Origin: Eledone cirrhosa
Taxonomy: Eukaryota
Reading direction: 5' to 3'
DNA: 64,000 bases
Assembly (NCBI GenBank): GCA_964016885.1
Contig: OZ024743.1
Location: 32,116,001 to 32,180,000, forward strand
This document shows positions 27,131-39,269 of this stretch, piece after piece. The notes under the pieces are model-generated. The model was not told the origin of the DNA, ran no database searches, and saw nothing but the letters and a program-made list of their open reading frames with translations. Position 1 is the first letter of the stretch; each line of letters opens with the position of its first letter. The position numbers were made by a program, and so were the translations under genes.

Positions 27131-27357
27131 GTAGAAATGGGGAAAACAGTAAACGCGGAAGAGACAAGCACAGGGACAATTCCTGCTCAGTCTTCCTCTT
27201 CTTGTCATGTCCACAAGAGTGTCAGTTACAAAGCTTGGCTAGATGTGGTTGCGCTACAGCTGAACACATTGTTGTCATTTCTCATTAAACTCTGCCAAAT
27301 TCGCTCTCATAAAATTTGTCCAAAACGTAAGGGTACTGTTTTTGTTATTTAAGTGTA

Positions 27358-27840
27358 CTAGCAGAAATTCCACCCTTCGGGTAGTTTTCTGCTAGCATGT
27401 GTAGTGTGTATATTGATATTATACGCAGGTATATATACATGTAGATAGGATATATCAAATAAAATCATGATTGACAATATATAATACATAGAAATTGAAC
27501 GAAGACTGCGTTACACTGTCTTATTTAATCTGTAACGTAATCCAGGATACATTAAAAAAGACGATATTATATATAAACTGCATTAGGAGAAAATTAGTGA
27601 CAGAAAATTAATGTTTATTTAAGCGATGGCCAACCGGAAGTGTTGACATTTCAGAAATGTTAAAGAAGTGAATCTTTAAATAAACAAAATATATATAATC
27701 AACAGCCACGAAATTTAGTAGATAAATTATGTAATATTCATTAATTATTTATTCAAAGTAATCCAACTTATTTTACTAATGGGATAAAAAAATTATAAAC
27801 CGTACGCAGTCCCGCGCTCCTTACTTTATTATAGTTTAGA
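27358..27840 (-). mobile_element. Non-autonomous Helitron
   Basis: Minus strand starts A|TCTAAACTATAATAAAG and ends with hairpin ACCC-GAA-GGGT about 10 nt before CTAG|T: canonical TC...hairpin...CTRR ends and an A|T target. Confidence 0.65.
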
Positions 27841-27849
27841 TATTAGACC

Positions 27850-29081
27850 TACATGAAATTACAAGTTATCTTTTTCAGAATAGGACCCTTGGAAAGTCAC
27901 ACAGTGGTTCCAACGTTTTTCACATTTTTCATAGCAGTACTGCAAATCATTTTCTGTGAGTGTCCTCAGCTTGTCGGTTACAATTTTTCGTATGTTATTC
28001 ACAGTCTCAAAATGATGACCCTTCAACTTCAATTTCAGCTTAGGGAATAGGTAGAAGTCCCACAGAGATTGATCTGGTTTTTAGGGATGATGTGAATGAG
28101 TGAGGACGTCTTTCTTTGCCAGAAATTCAATAATCAATAATGGAAAGAGCTGTGTGAGCTTATGCGTTATAGTAGTGCATTATCTAATTTCCTGCAATGC
28201 GCTTTTGGACTCACTGTACCAATTTTCGAAGTCATTCCAAGATATATTTGTAGAAGGTTTGATAGCCTGTCTTTCTTGGGAGTAAAACTTCTTTGTGAAC
28301 AATACCACGGCTGTCGAAAAATATATCGATCATCATGCGTGTTTTCTTCGGACGAGGGGAATATTTCGTGTACTACTCACTTCGCCATTTTATCTCTGGA
28401 TCGTACCCAGGATTTAACTCTTGTTTATTCTTTATCCAAGACATTTGTCTCAATTTCAATTCTTTCTAGTAAATCCAGACAAATTTCCAGCTGGTTCGCT
28501 TTTTGCTCCACAAACAAGTATTTGGGAACTAGATTTGTACAAATTTTTCACATGTGAAAATGGCTTGTTAAACTTCTGTGAACTGAATTTTTCTCCAAGC
28601 GCCTGTTTCTTCTGCAATCACCCTAACACTTAATCGGCAATCTTTTGCAACAAACACTCACACCACGTCAACATTTTGTATATTTGGCCTTCCAGAACAA
28701 GGTTTGTCTTCAACATTTTCTCAGCTCTCTTTGAAAGCATTATGCCATATAAAAACCTTACTAGTCAATAGAGTGGCATCTCCGGGAGATTCTGTTAAAG
28801 AATTAAATATTTCTGTTGCAAATTTGTTGAGATTCCCACAAAGTTTGATCGAGCATTTTTGTTCGATATGTTTCTGCATGGCACACGTAACAGACCTTAT
28901 AAACACGTCTGTATATAAACAGCAATAATTCACGACTGACCCAATCGATCATGTAGAATTAAGTATGTAGGTGCAGCCAAGGTCATCACCATTAGGTCTA
29001 TATATATATATATCAATGTTATTCTGCGTTATCACGTCGTACATAGGGAAGTCAGTATCTTTACTTTGGGGGCAAACCTCC

Positions 29082-29085
<4 letters not shown>
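27850..29085 (-). mobile_element. Degenerate mariner (Tc1/mariner) transposon
   Basis: EQKCSIKLCGNLNKFATEIFNSLTESPGDATLLTSKVFIWHNAFKE (mariner HTH), PDQSLWDFYLFP (YSPDLAPxDF relic), KGHHFETVNNI and RWNHCVTFQGSY. Many stops and frameshifts. Confidence 0.8.
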
Positions 29086-29138
<53 letters not shown>

Positions 29139-30532
29139 GCGTGCGTTTAATACTTTTGTATCAATGATTTTTCATGTGTCCTTATTAATCATTTGTGCTT
29201 AGCCTTGGATAATAACACTTCTTGTTCACTGCTGTTTCTAGAAAGTGTGTAACATATCTACATGAAAATGTTGTTAGTAGCATTGTTATAGCATTACATG
29301 GTGGACAGTACGGATCATTGTGTTACTGATATCTTCATCACTAGATTTGAAATGTTGACTTTTAATTTCAAATTACTTTCAACGACCAATACGTGTTCAT
29401 TGCGTATTAAAAAGATGCTGTATATATCTCTTAACGTTTGGTTTTTGTTTTACTGTTTAAAAAGCGTATGTTGCTAATCTATTTTGTTTATTTTTTTCTT
29501 GTTTTTTTTTCAACTGATTTTCTATATAGTTTCGTTTCATGTTCAGTAGTATATGTGATGCATTACTTCGTTAATGTAAATGCGTGAATAACTGACGAGA
29601 AAATGTCTTATTTGTGTTTTCGATGTAACTGTTTCGGTCATGAAGTTTACAAATCCCATGTCTATATTAAAATCTATATATTGCATTTGTTATCTGAAGT
29701 ACGTTATGTGGCTTCATGTTGGTGCATTTACAATGAGAAGCCATTGAAGCATATTACAATACAGAGTCGAACAAAACAAGATAGTGAAAGATGTTTTGAT
29801 ATTCCAACTATTCCATACAGAAGTTAAAATAAAACTAGATTAGTAAATGAAGCATTATTAATAACAAAATACAAATCTAAACAACGCACAAATTCTGTAT
29901 CTCGATCATAAACAAAGAAAATTGACTGTTTGCTAAACGTAACTTGGTGTTAATGGATACAATTTTAAAGCTGGTGTGATAATTTTTATCAGTAAAATCT
30001 TTCTTATGATCATTGCTACTCACTATGAAAATGAAATAATAAAGATTATTGCTACAAACAACCATTTCATGTAGAACATATGACCAAAAAGATTACGAAA
30101 AGTCGATGAAGGAAGGAGCGTTATAGTTCAAAGTTAAATGATCAAGAAATAATTAATGACAAAGATTTAATACGAATACAGCAATATCTTGTGCATGCGT
30201 GCGTGTGTGTGTGTGATTGTATCAATAATATATATATATATTGAAATATATAGTTTATGAAAGCATATTCCATATGTATAGACTATTTCCATGTCAGCAC
30301 CGGTTGAGATAATGCCAATGATGAAAGATAAACGTATCTTGAAACAGTGCTGTCTGGCAATCGCGATCGTTACTGACAAATCTTTGACGCCTTCACAGAA
30401 AGAAATTAGAAAAAGAAAATGTTTTCGTTATGAAAAAATATTTCATTTTTTATAGCGAGACTTCCCATTTTTTATTCCATATAAACACAGTATATGCTTC
30501 CATATACCCTCTATTATATATATATATATTTA

Positions 30533-30721
30533 TAATTGTTTCTACTTTTGGGCACAAGGCCAGCAATTAACCAGTACATTACTGGTACTTTATTTTATCG
30601 ACCCCGTAAGGATGAAAGGCAAAGTTAACCTCGGCGGGATTTGAACTCAGATCATAAAGGGACATAACTATGCTAGAAAGCATGGCGTCTGACCCTCTAC
30701 CGATACTGCCAATTCACCGTC
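30533..30721 (-). mobile_element. Full-length tRNA-SINE copy
   Basis: Reverse complement of 510-701. Confidence 0.85.
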
Positions 30722-30763
30722 GTAATAAATATATATATATATATGTGTGTGTGTGTATATATC

Positions 30764-30873
<110 letters not shown>

Positions 30874-30878
30874 ATATG

Positions 30879-31258
30879 AAGCTCCTCTCTGGTGAAGGGC
30901 TCTGTCTCAACATCCAGTTCCTCAAACAGCCGCCTGATCTCCTCAGTGCTCTGGGCTGTGGAGGGTGGCTCTCCTAGTAGGGTCCTAAAATGGTCTAGCC
31001 ATTTCCTCTTCCTATCCTCGGGCTCCGTTCCCTAGATCTGACTCGAACACCTTCTCTTCCTCCCTGTGATCTCGTTGATGATCATCCAGCTCTCCTTACA
31101 TCCAGATCTGTCAACCGCTCTCTCCACACTTCTGATCTTCTCTATCAGTGCCTCCTCTCTGACCTCAGTGTAAGCGGTACAGAGCTCTTCCCTCATCACC
31201 TCCACAGTCTCCATCCTCTCCTCCCTAGGATCAGCATAGAATTGGTCCCTGGCAGCTT
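30879..31258 (-). pseudogene. Inverted 5' segment of an RTE-group LINE (EN-RT linker)
   Basis: Minus frame [49 protein letters not shown], a typical LINE linker with one in-frame stop. Confidence 0.75.
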
Positions 31259-32143
31259 TCCCTTTTTATCATCGTAGTGGACTATTGTATGCCCCTTGCA
31301 CTGGAGAAACACCAGGACTCTGGCTTTACTGTAGCACCGGCTCAGAGCAGGAGAGTTAGGGCGAAAAAGGTATCGGATGCTGAATTTGCCGACGACATAG
31401 TTTTGGTGACAAATACAGTGAAGGAGGCAGAGGATTTGATGCGGGAGGTTGAGACTGTGTCGATGAGTGTGGGGCTGAGAATGAATGAGACTAAAACAAA
31501 ATATCTGATAGAGAATGTTGAGAAGCCAGAGGGGATCACTAATGTAGGCGGGAAGCCGCTGGAATTGGTTGAGGACTTCCTGTATTTGGGAGCAAAGATT
31601 GGGAATACGGAGGATGATGTGGTTGAGAGGAAGAGCAAGGCCTGGGCGGCGTGCCACAGCTTGAGATCGGTGTGGAAGTCGGACCTTCGTAGAGACCTGA
31701 AAATCCGCCTCTTTATTGCTGTAGTGGAGTCTGTGCTGCTGTATGGGTCTGAGACTTGGACACTGACCAAGAAACTCACTCAGATGGTGGATGGGTGCTA
31801 CACGAGAATGCTGAGTATGGCTCTGAACATTAATCAGTATACACTGAGGATGAAAAACTCAGAGCTGTATGGGAGCATCCCAAAAGTCAGCTCAAAAGTG
31901 ACACAGAGGAGACTGAGGTTGGCTGGACATGCTCACCGATATCCAGAGTTGACATTGCACTCAGTGCTCCTTTGGGAGCCCCTACATGGACACACTAGAA
32001 GAGGAAGACCAAGGTTAACATATGTTGATGCCCTAAGGACAGACACTGGTCTGTTGGAGATGCAGGATATGGCAGCGATAATGAGGGACAGAGACCGCTG
32101 GAGAGAACTCGTCCATGGATCTCGGGAATTTTACCCGCCTTAG
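31259..32143 (+). CDS. 5'-truncated RTE-group LINE reverse transcriptase, C-terminal half
   Basis: LFIIVVDY (motif B'), EFADDIVL (motif C), FLYLG, LLYGSETW, RRLRLAGH, RRGRP. The stop is followed directly by a TAGA/TA tail. Confidence 0.85.
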   Translation, partial: SLFIIVVDYCMPLALEKHQDSGFTVAPAQSRRVRAKKVSDAEFADDIVLVTNTVKEAEDLMREVETVSMSVGLRMNETKTKYLIENVEKPEGITNVGGKPLELVEDFLYLGAKIGNTEDDVVERKSKAWAACHSLRSVWKSDLRRDLKIRLFIAVVESVLLYGSETWTLTKKLTQMVDGCYTRMLSMALNINQYTLRMKNSELYGSIPKVSSKVTQRRLRLAGHAHRYPELTLHSVLLWEPLHGHTRRGRPRLTYVDALRTDTGLLEMQDMAAIMRDRDRWRELVHGSREFYPP

Positions 32144-32357
32144 ATAGATATATATATATATATATGCACATACATATCGTGATAGAGAGACAAACAAAGT
32201 ATATATATATAGGATCTTCTGATATGTTATCGATTTTTCATCTCCTTCACACGTCTTAGAATTCCAATTCTTACAAGAGTGAATTCAAATTCTTAAACAA
32301 AAGACATCCACATTTCTTGAACAGTTCCATATTTTATCTGTGTGCATACGTCATGTC

Positions 32358-32406
<49 letters not shown>

Positions 32407-32666
32407 GTGTGTATGTGTGTGTGTAAATGCGGGCATACGTGTGCGTGAATGTGTCAGTATATATATGGGTATCTATGTGATTATGTGTGTTTGCTTGCGT
32501 GTGTGTACGTGAGCGTACGTATATGAATGTAAGAGAGGAAGATATGAAGGAGAGAAAGCATTCATGTGTTTGTATGTCGTCTTATGTCTAAGCTGACTTT
32601 AACTCTAAATCTGTATATATGCATGTGAGTTTGCGCATACGTTACCATATTTTTGAATATGTATCT

Positions 32667-32698
<32 letters not shown>

Positions 32699-34046
32699 TC
32701 TTTCTCTCCATCCCTCACTCTATCTCCCTCCCTCTCTCTGTTTACTTGTATGTCAGTGCGCAATAGCTGCAGAAATGTCTGTGTCCTCCCCCTAGTGTTC
32801 TGAATAATAAATACGTATATTAAAACAATACGATTATAAAAATATAAAACTCCCCTCCCTCCTAAGATTAATGAAGCCTCACCAGGAGTAACAGTCAGCC
32901 TACGGAACTTTCAGAGCGTATGGCTGTGTGTTAGTGTTTGTGCGTGTGTATATTAGTTAGATGAGGAGATTCTGTCTAGCTTTTTACAAAGAAAAATCCA
33001 TACAAACTTAATCATTATGTGAGAAATATATGTTTTGATATAATTTAATATTTCACACGATGCCAAGATAACAAACAACTATCTTATTGTAAGTTTGTCG
33101 CTATCTATGTGTTATTAAATGAGTATATGTATGTATTTAATGTATGTATTTATTTATTGTGTATGCATGTATGTATGTATTATGTATGTAATGTATGTAT
33201 TATGTATGTAATATATGTATGTAAGTAATGTTCATATGTTTGTAATGTATGTATTGTTTTTCTTATTTTATCTTTTTTGTTTTATGTTTGTTTGTTGTTT
33301 TTTTTGTTTTGGGGTTTGTTTGTTGTTGTTTTGTGGGTTTTTTTGTTTTGTTTTGTTCCTGATATTTCTCCAAAACCGAATAAGCTAATCTTGCAGAAAC
33401 AAGGCCCTGCCTCAAAATACAGAAATATAGCGCATTAAATATTCTCTGTCGCATCTTATAGATCGAAACAGAGAGTAGAATTTTAGGTTTGCTGTTTATG
33501 TAATAAGATACTCTATCCTTATTTGCATATTATATTCTTCACGAGGTAAATATATGTAATAGTTACTAGATTAACAGAGAATATCGCATCCTCGTCATCG
33601 CTGTTGTTATCTTTATCTAGTTTACTATAAAAACAATTTACTTCGTATGCAGTGTGTTTTGTCTCTTGAATTCTAAGTATGTATCTTTCCACTTATTCTG
33701 GGGTCAAGTGGTACAGGATTGTGATCAAATTGCTTCTGGGGCAATTCAAATATGACACCTAATATAACATAGATTTCAATGTTTTATCATTTTTAGTGTA
33801 TTGATTAGGCTTCTAGCTTTTAATAAATGAGAGTTAAAGGATATGCACCTTGTCTGACCTACGTATTTCTTGCCATCTGAAATCGAACATCTCGATGTTA
33901 CTATTTCTGTAGAAACTGTTAAAGTTAAAACGTTTCGAATTTTATTTCGATTTAAGAGGTTTCCTTTGCTTTATAAACACAGAATGTTTATACATGGTAT
34001 GAACCACCGTCGCTTTCGACGATGAGTGTTAAATTAATTCTATCAA

Positions 34047-34300
34047 TGAAACAGCTTGCTCCTGAAATTAACAGGCAAGTGCCTGAGCATTTCCCAGACA
34101 CGTGCACCCTTAACGTATTTTTGGATTATTCTGCGTGACACACTGCCTGATAAGGCTAGCTTCTTGAATCACAGGTACAATCTATCTACAGGCTGCCAAA
34201 CATTTTCTGTCAATTCAGATTCTTTCACAAGGCATGAGCTGACCCAAAGCTATGGTAATTAACACTCGTCCAAGATACCACCTAGCGGGATAGAACTTAT
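34047..34300 (-). mobile_element. Old SINE-like family; other copies at 56897-57150 (minus) and about 55760-56215 (plus, MITE-interrupted)
   Basis: Shared GAAATTAAC..CTGAGCATTTCCCAGA..ACCCTTAA..GACACACT motifs, ending in GGGAT(A/C)GAA (reverse B-box). Confidence 0.55.
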
Positions 34301-35074
34301 GTGGTGTCTAGTTTTAAATGAAAAGCCCCGGTTGCTATATCTTTCTGTCTGGTGAAGTACTGTGGTTCAACGCCACCATTTGAGGATATAGTTTTATAAA
34401 TCGCCATGCATTTGCACATTTCAATATCCAAGACAGATATAATAGAAAGTCATTGATTTTAACATATTGTCGGATTGTCTAACACTCTTTCAATTTATCA
34501 GAAGATAAAAGCGTAAATATACTGATGACATTCCATGTGAATGGGGCAACTTTCTTCTCATCAGCATTAATATCATTTTTACGCCATCAACAAAAGGGGC
34601 ACAAGTATTGTTGCTTTAGAGAATCGAAGCCCATACATGTTCAATGAGCTTCACTTTTATGAATGATACTAAAACAAATGACATCGAAATAAAGTACTGT
34701 ATCTCAATATCCAATTTATTCCTGGAAAGTAAAACGTTTTTTGTTTATGTTTTTATTTTCATTTTGTGTTTTTATTAGCCCCATATCAAACTCGTTAAAT
34801 GTTTCATTATTGAAACGGCTTCACAGATGCAGAGGTTTATTTACCAAAATCTATTCCAGTAGTCATTTCAGATATTTCATGGAGTTATGTGCAGCCCTTT
34901 TAATCATTATATTGGTGGGACATTTTACTCAGTTGCATTGAATAATATCTATTCTGTAGCGAACTACTTCAAAACTTTATATAGATTGAATGAAATTCAA
35001 TCAATATAAAGTTTTGAAGTATTTCGCTACAGAATAGATATTATTTTCAATTGTGCAAATACAATACCCATACG

Positions 35075-35156
<82 letters not shown>

Positions 35157-35281
35157 TATACTTGTGCGTATGCTTGTCCTAATTGACTGGTTGTATTTAT
35201 TGGCTGTTTTCATCAGTTAACTACTAGCTAGCAACAATGCGGAAAGAAAATTACAAAAGCAACCTGTTATGCATTTCTTGA

Positions 35282-35610
35282 AGGCGCATGGCTTAGTGGT
35301 TAAAGCATTGGGCTTGCAATTAAGAGGGTTTGAGTTCGATTCTCGGACTGGGTGATGCGTTGTGTCCTTGAGCAAGACACTTTATTTCACGTTGCTCCAG
35401 TTTACTCATCTGTAGAAATGAGTTGCGACGTCACTGGTGCCAAGCTCTATCGGTCATTGCCTTTCCCTTGGACAACATCGGTGGCGTGGAGTGGGGAGAC
35501 TGGTATGCATGGGCCACTGCTGGCCTTCTTCAAAACAAACCTTGCCCAGGCAAGGAGGGAAACTTTCTAGGTGCAAAACCATGGTCATTCGTGACCTAGT
35601 GGGGCCATAA
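35282..35610 (+). mobile_element. CORE-SINE with tRNA-like head
   Basis: TGGCTTAGTGGTTAAAGC (A box), GAGTTCGATTC (B box), then TTGTGTCCTTGAGCAAGACACTT..CCAGTTTACTCATCTGTAGAAATGAG matching the MIR/CORE domain. Confidence 0.8.
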
Positions 35611-37360
35611 ACTTGAAATCTATAGAATCACTTGCATATAATTATGGCTCAAGACAGTCAAAGTTTCTGGGTTATGGGTTTCATTCTTGTTCAAATACAC
35701 AACTTCAACAATGTTTTGATCCAGTCACATTGATACATTAGTATAAATGATCTTGCGATAACTGCAACTGGGTTGGCGTTTTGGTTACTAAAGTCGTAAA
35801 TGTCTAAAGGTAGACGCCTTTCTGAACTATTGCAATGTTGATGACATCTGGGCAGTTAAACTCTATAAAATAGCATGTTTCGTTTTATTGTCTGCCGTGT
35901 ATTGAAGGGGAGAAGGGCACATCCCATGACATTTTATTTCTTCAAGGCTTCCAAGACTGTGATGTGTGAAAGATATCCAACCGGATACCTAAAGCGAATG
36001 CTTGCAGCTGAATGAACTCTATTAAAAGCTCCCGCGAACCAGATTGTGGATCTGAGACGGTGACAGATTAAGTCTAACATTCGAGAATTCAGAACCGCTC
36101 TGGACTGGTACTTTAGATTATCATACCAAAAAAAGGATAAAACGCGAAGAGGGTTTGGGTGGTAATTTAACTGAAAACGAAAAAGTTTGGAATAAATATG
36201 ATAACCTACTTTGTCATACGCTCTAACTACTCTGCCAATTCGCCACCGGATAAATTGTGTTTTGGTTTGGCATTTTTTTATATGATTTTACCTTTTATTT
36301 ATAGGCTCTACCAATATTGGCTGTGTTGTAATTGCTGGTGTTGTTGTTGTTACTGTACGAGACATGTGATCATAAGGTTTCCAGCCATGAGCATCCCGTC
36401 TTTTCATGGCTTAACTAGGACTACCTTATTAAATTATCTTATCAAATATTCCTTATTTATGGTAGGTGTGATATGAACGAGATTTCGCTGATATATCTAA
36501 CAGATTATTAATGGAAAGTATCATAGGTTTTTAATTAGTTATATTTTGTTCCAGGATATTCTGTTAGCAATATTGTAATCATATGAGAAGATAATACGTT
36601 TCTAATATGAATCTGTCTATAGTTATTATATAGGTGTTTTCTGTCTTTTATATATATCATAGAAAATTGTGAATACTTGCTTCGCTGAACTGTGTGAATG
36701 AAATCTTCAATGGGAGATACAATATACGTGTTGATCCCTCAAGTCAGGTTTCTAATATCGTTTCTCCGTTTTTCAGTCTCAAGAAACTTAGCACATTTGT
36801 CCTAGTGAACTGATCTCTTGTCACCTTTTGTTACTATGCAATATATCTTACAATTGTTCCTTGGAGTCAGGCCTGAATCAGAATGATATGCTTCTACAAT
36901 TGAGTAGATTAGCTTTCCCTAATCAATAACAAATGCTGTTCCAATGTTAAGTTCTAGTGGTCATATAGATTTAATACCTTCATCTCAGACCTAGGAAAAT
37001 CTAATCTATTTCCATCTCCGTTGATGTGGAGTCTTCCAGGGTTTTCAGGTCTATTTCAGCTTGTTATTTCAGTGTTCAGTGTAAAAGATGTAGGTGCATC
37101 AGTAAATACGTTTAGTCCCTACCATCACCATCCTACCCCAATTCATCACTATTACCAACATTCATTTCATGATGTTCATATTCAGCGTCATCATCAACAT
37201 TATACTTCTCATTGCCATCAACATTGCCAACAGGATCATCATCATCGCCTTTGTTAATATCATCATTACGATGTATATATATATATATGTATCATATGGC
37301 GACCAAGTCGAGGCACGATCCATGCTATGATCAAACCTGACTCTGAAATCGTAGAATCGA

Positions 37361-37455
37361 GACATATCCGAGGATCTTGCGATTTCAGAGTCAGGTTTAA
37401 TCGTTGCATCGATCGTGCTTCGAGCTGGTCGCCAGAGAAACGATTGTAATATGTC
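37361..37455 (+). ncRNA. Hammerhead ribozyme with a 56-nt stem II loop insert
   Basis: GACATAT-CCGAGGA-TCT(56 nt)AGA-GAA-ACGATTGT-A-ATATGTC: perfect 7-bp stem I and near-palindromic stem III. Confidence 0.7.
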
Positions 37456-37581
37456 TAATAAATATTATTCGTCGCACCACTGATTCTCCGTTTCTTATGT
37501 GATATTATACTCTGCTCTGTAAGAGCATCGAGTGCTCAAACGGCATATCGCTTACGAACGCTTTAAGCATCCCACACCAAT

Positions 37582-37667
<86 letters not shown>

Positions 37668-37779
37668 TGTGTGTACACACTCACACACACACGCATATAT
37701 ATATATATATATAATATATATATAAAAGCATTTCAAACTATTACTATTACTCAAACTTGTCTATTTCAAACTATTACTA

Positions 37780-38358
37780 TTACTCAAACTTATCTCGGAT
37801 TTGATTGATCATTTCATCTTCCAAATTGTCGAAAGTAGAGCGCTGAAATTTCTGGTCAGGCTGTTCCTTATGCGTTGGTAGATTTTCCATACCCACTTCA
37901 TTACAGATCGACATAGATGAAGTGTAATTTGTCTCCTCGGCTGGCAATAATTCAAACGTATCTGCAACCGAGTCATCAGTTGTTGTTGCGAGATTGTAAG
38001 GAATTTGAAAAGAAGATGATGGCATATACTGATCTGAAGCCAGCAGGCGTTTACATTGGAAGTCACCCATACAATACTTGTTTGGAAAACAAGTTGCTGC
38101 AGCACACCAGTGTCTGGTGTATGAGACCTCCATGAGATCTTGAGGATGGAGCGCAAAGATTGTTGGTGGAAACGTTCAAGGCGCTGAATATGGCCAGAGC
38201 ATTTAGTCCATGTCCTGGCTGTAAGCGCAAATGCTTTATTAACTTCAGCTTTCGTGCGCAGACTGATATCTGACTGTAACCACAGGTCCTACTCCAGCTA
38301 CCAAAAGTATTACAAGCTTTAGATAGTCGGTAACATACCTCTTCACCAAGAGCGCTAG
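37780..38358 (-). pseudogene. Degenerate RTE/BovB-like 3' fragment
   Basis: ALGEEVCYRLSKACNTFG and LRSILKISWRSHTPDTGVL parallel SLDSEISLRIRKASDAFG and LRRIHGVRWRDHISDVEIL in the intact ORF. Confidence 0.6.
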
Positions 38359-38602
38359 TATAGATACAGAAACATATGCACGTGTATACATATAACTCAA
38401 AACATACAAATCCACACATGCAATAACGCCCATACCTGTACACACACACACACGCACACACGCGCGCGCGCAAACGCACACGCACACGCACGCACACATA
38501 CACACACACAATCACACACACAACTTTGCATACAGACATACATACGAATTTATTTTGCTGATAGTGTCTAAATTCCAATGAAAGAGTCTTGTTTCTATGT
38601 CA

Positions 38603-38645
<43 letters not shown>

Positions 38646-38700
38646 TTTAGACTTCTATTGGGGAAAAGTTATAAAATAAGAAAACCAGAAGAATATACAT
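38359..38700 (+). repeat. Direct repeat of 45180-45420 (putative 3' UTR of the R4/Dong-type element)
   Basis: Shared AACTCAAAACATACA.ATCCACACAT.CAATAAC, AAATTCCAATGA.AGAGTCTTGT.TCTATGT.AGAAAC and CTATTGG..AAA. Confidence 0.65.
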
Positions 38701-38704
38701 ATGT

Positions 38705-38879
38705 GCATACATACATACATACATACATACATACATACATACATACATACATACATGATGGCTGCCCCCTCGTTATCGAGTATGGCCATTGCACAATAAA
38801 AAAAAAAAAATAATAAATAAATAAATAAATAAATAAATAAAAATAAAAAAAATAAAAAAATAAATAAAAATAAAAAAAA

Positions 38880-38930
<51 letters not shown>

Positions 38931-38962
38931 AAAAAAAAAAAAAAAAAAAAAAAAGGGAAAAG

Positions 38963-38995
<33 letters not shown>

Positions 38996-39115
38996 TACAT
39001 ATATATATATATACACGTATATATACACACACACATACATACACATACATACATATATACACACACACATACATACACATACACTCACACATATATACAC
39101 ACATACATTAATAAC

Positions 39116-39152
<37 letters not shown>

Positions 39153-39231
39153 GCAATAATAATAATAACGACAACAACAATAATAATATACATATTCATA
39201 TATATATACACACACACGCACGCACATAAGC

Positions 39232-39269
<38 letters not shown>

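Noticed and set aside
35282-35350. tRNA gene (also the SINE heads at 510 and 30721)
   Set aside because: No complete acceptor stem or Pol III terminator; the sequence continues directly into a SINE body.
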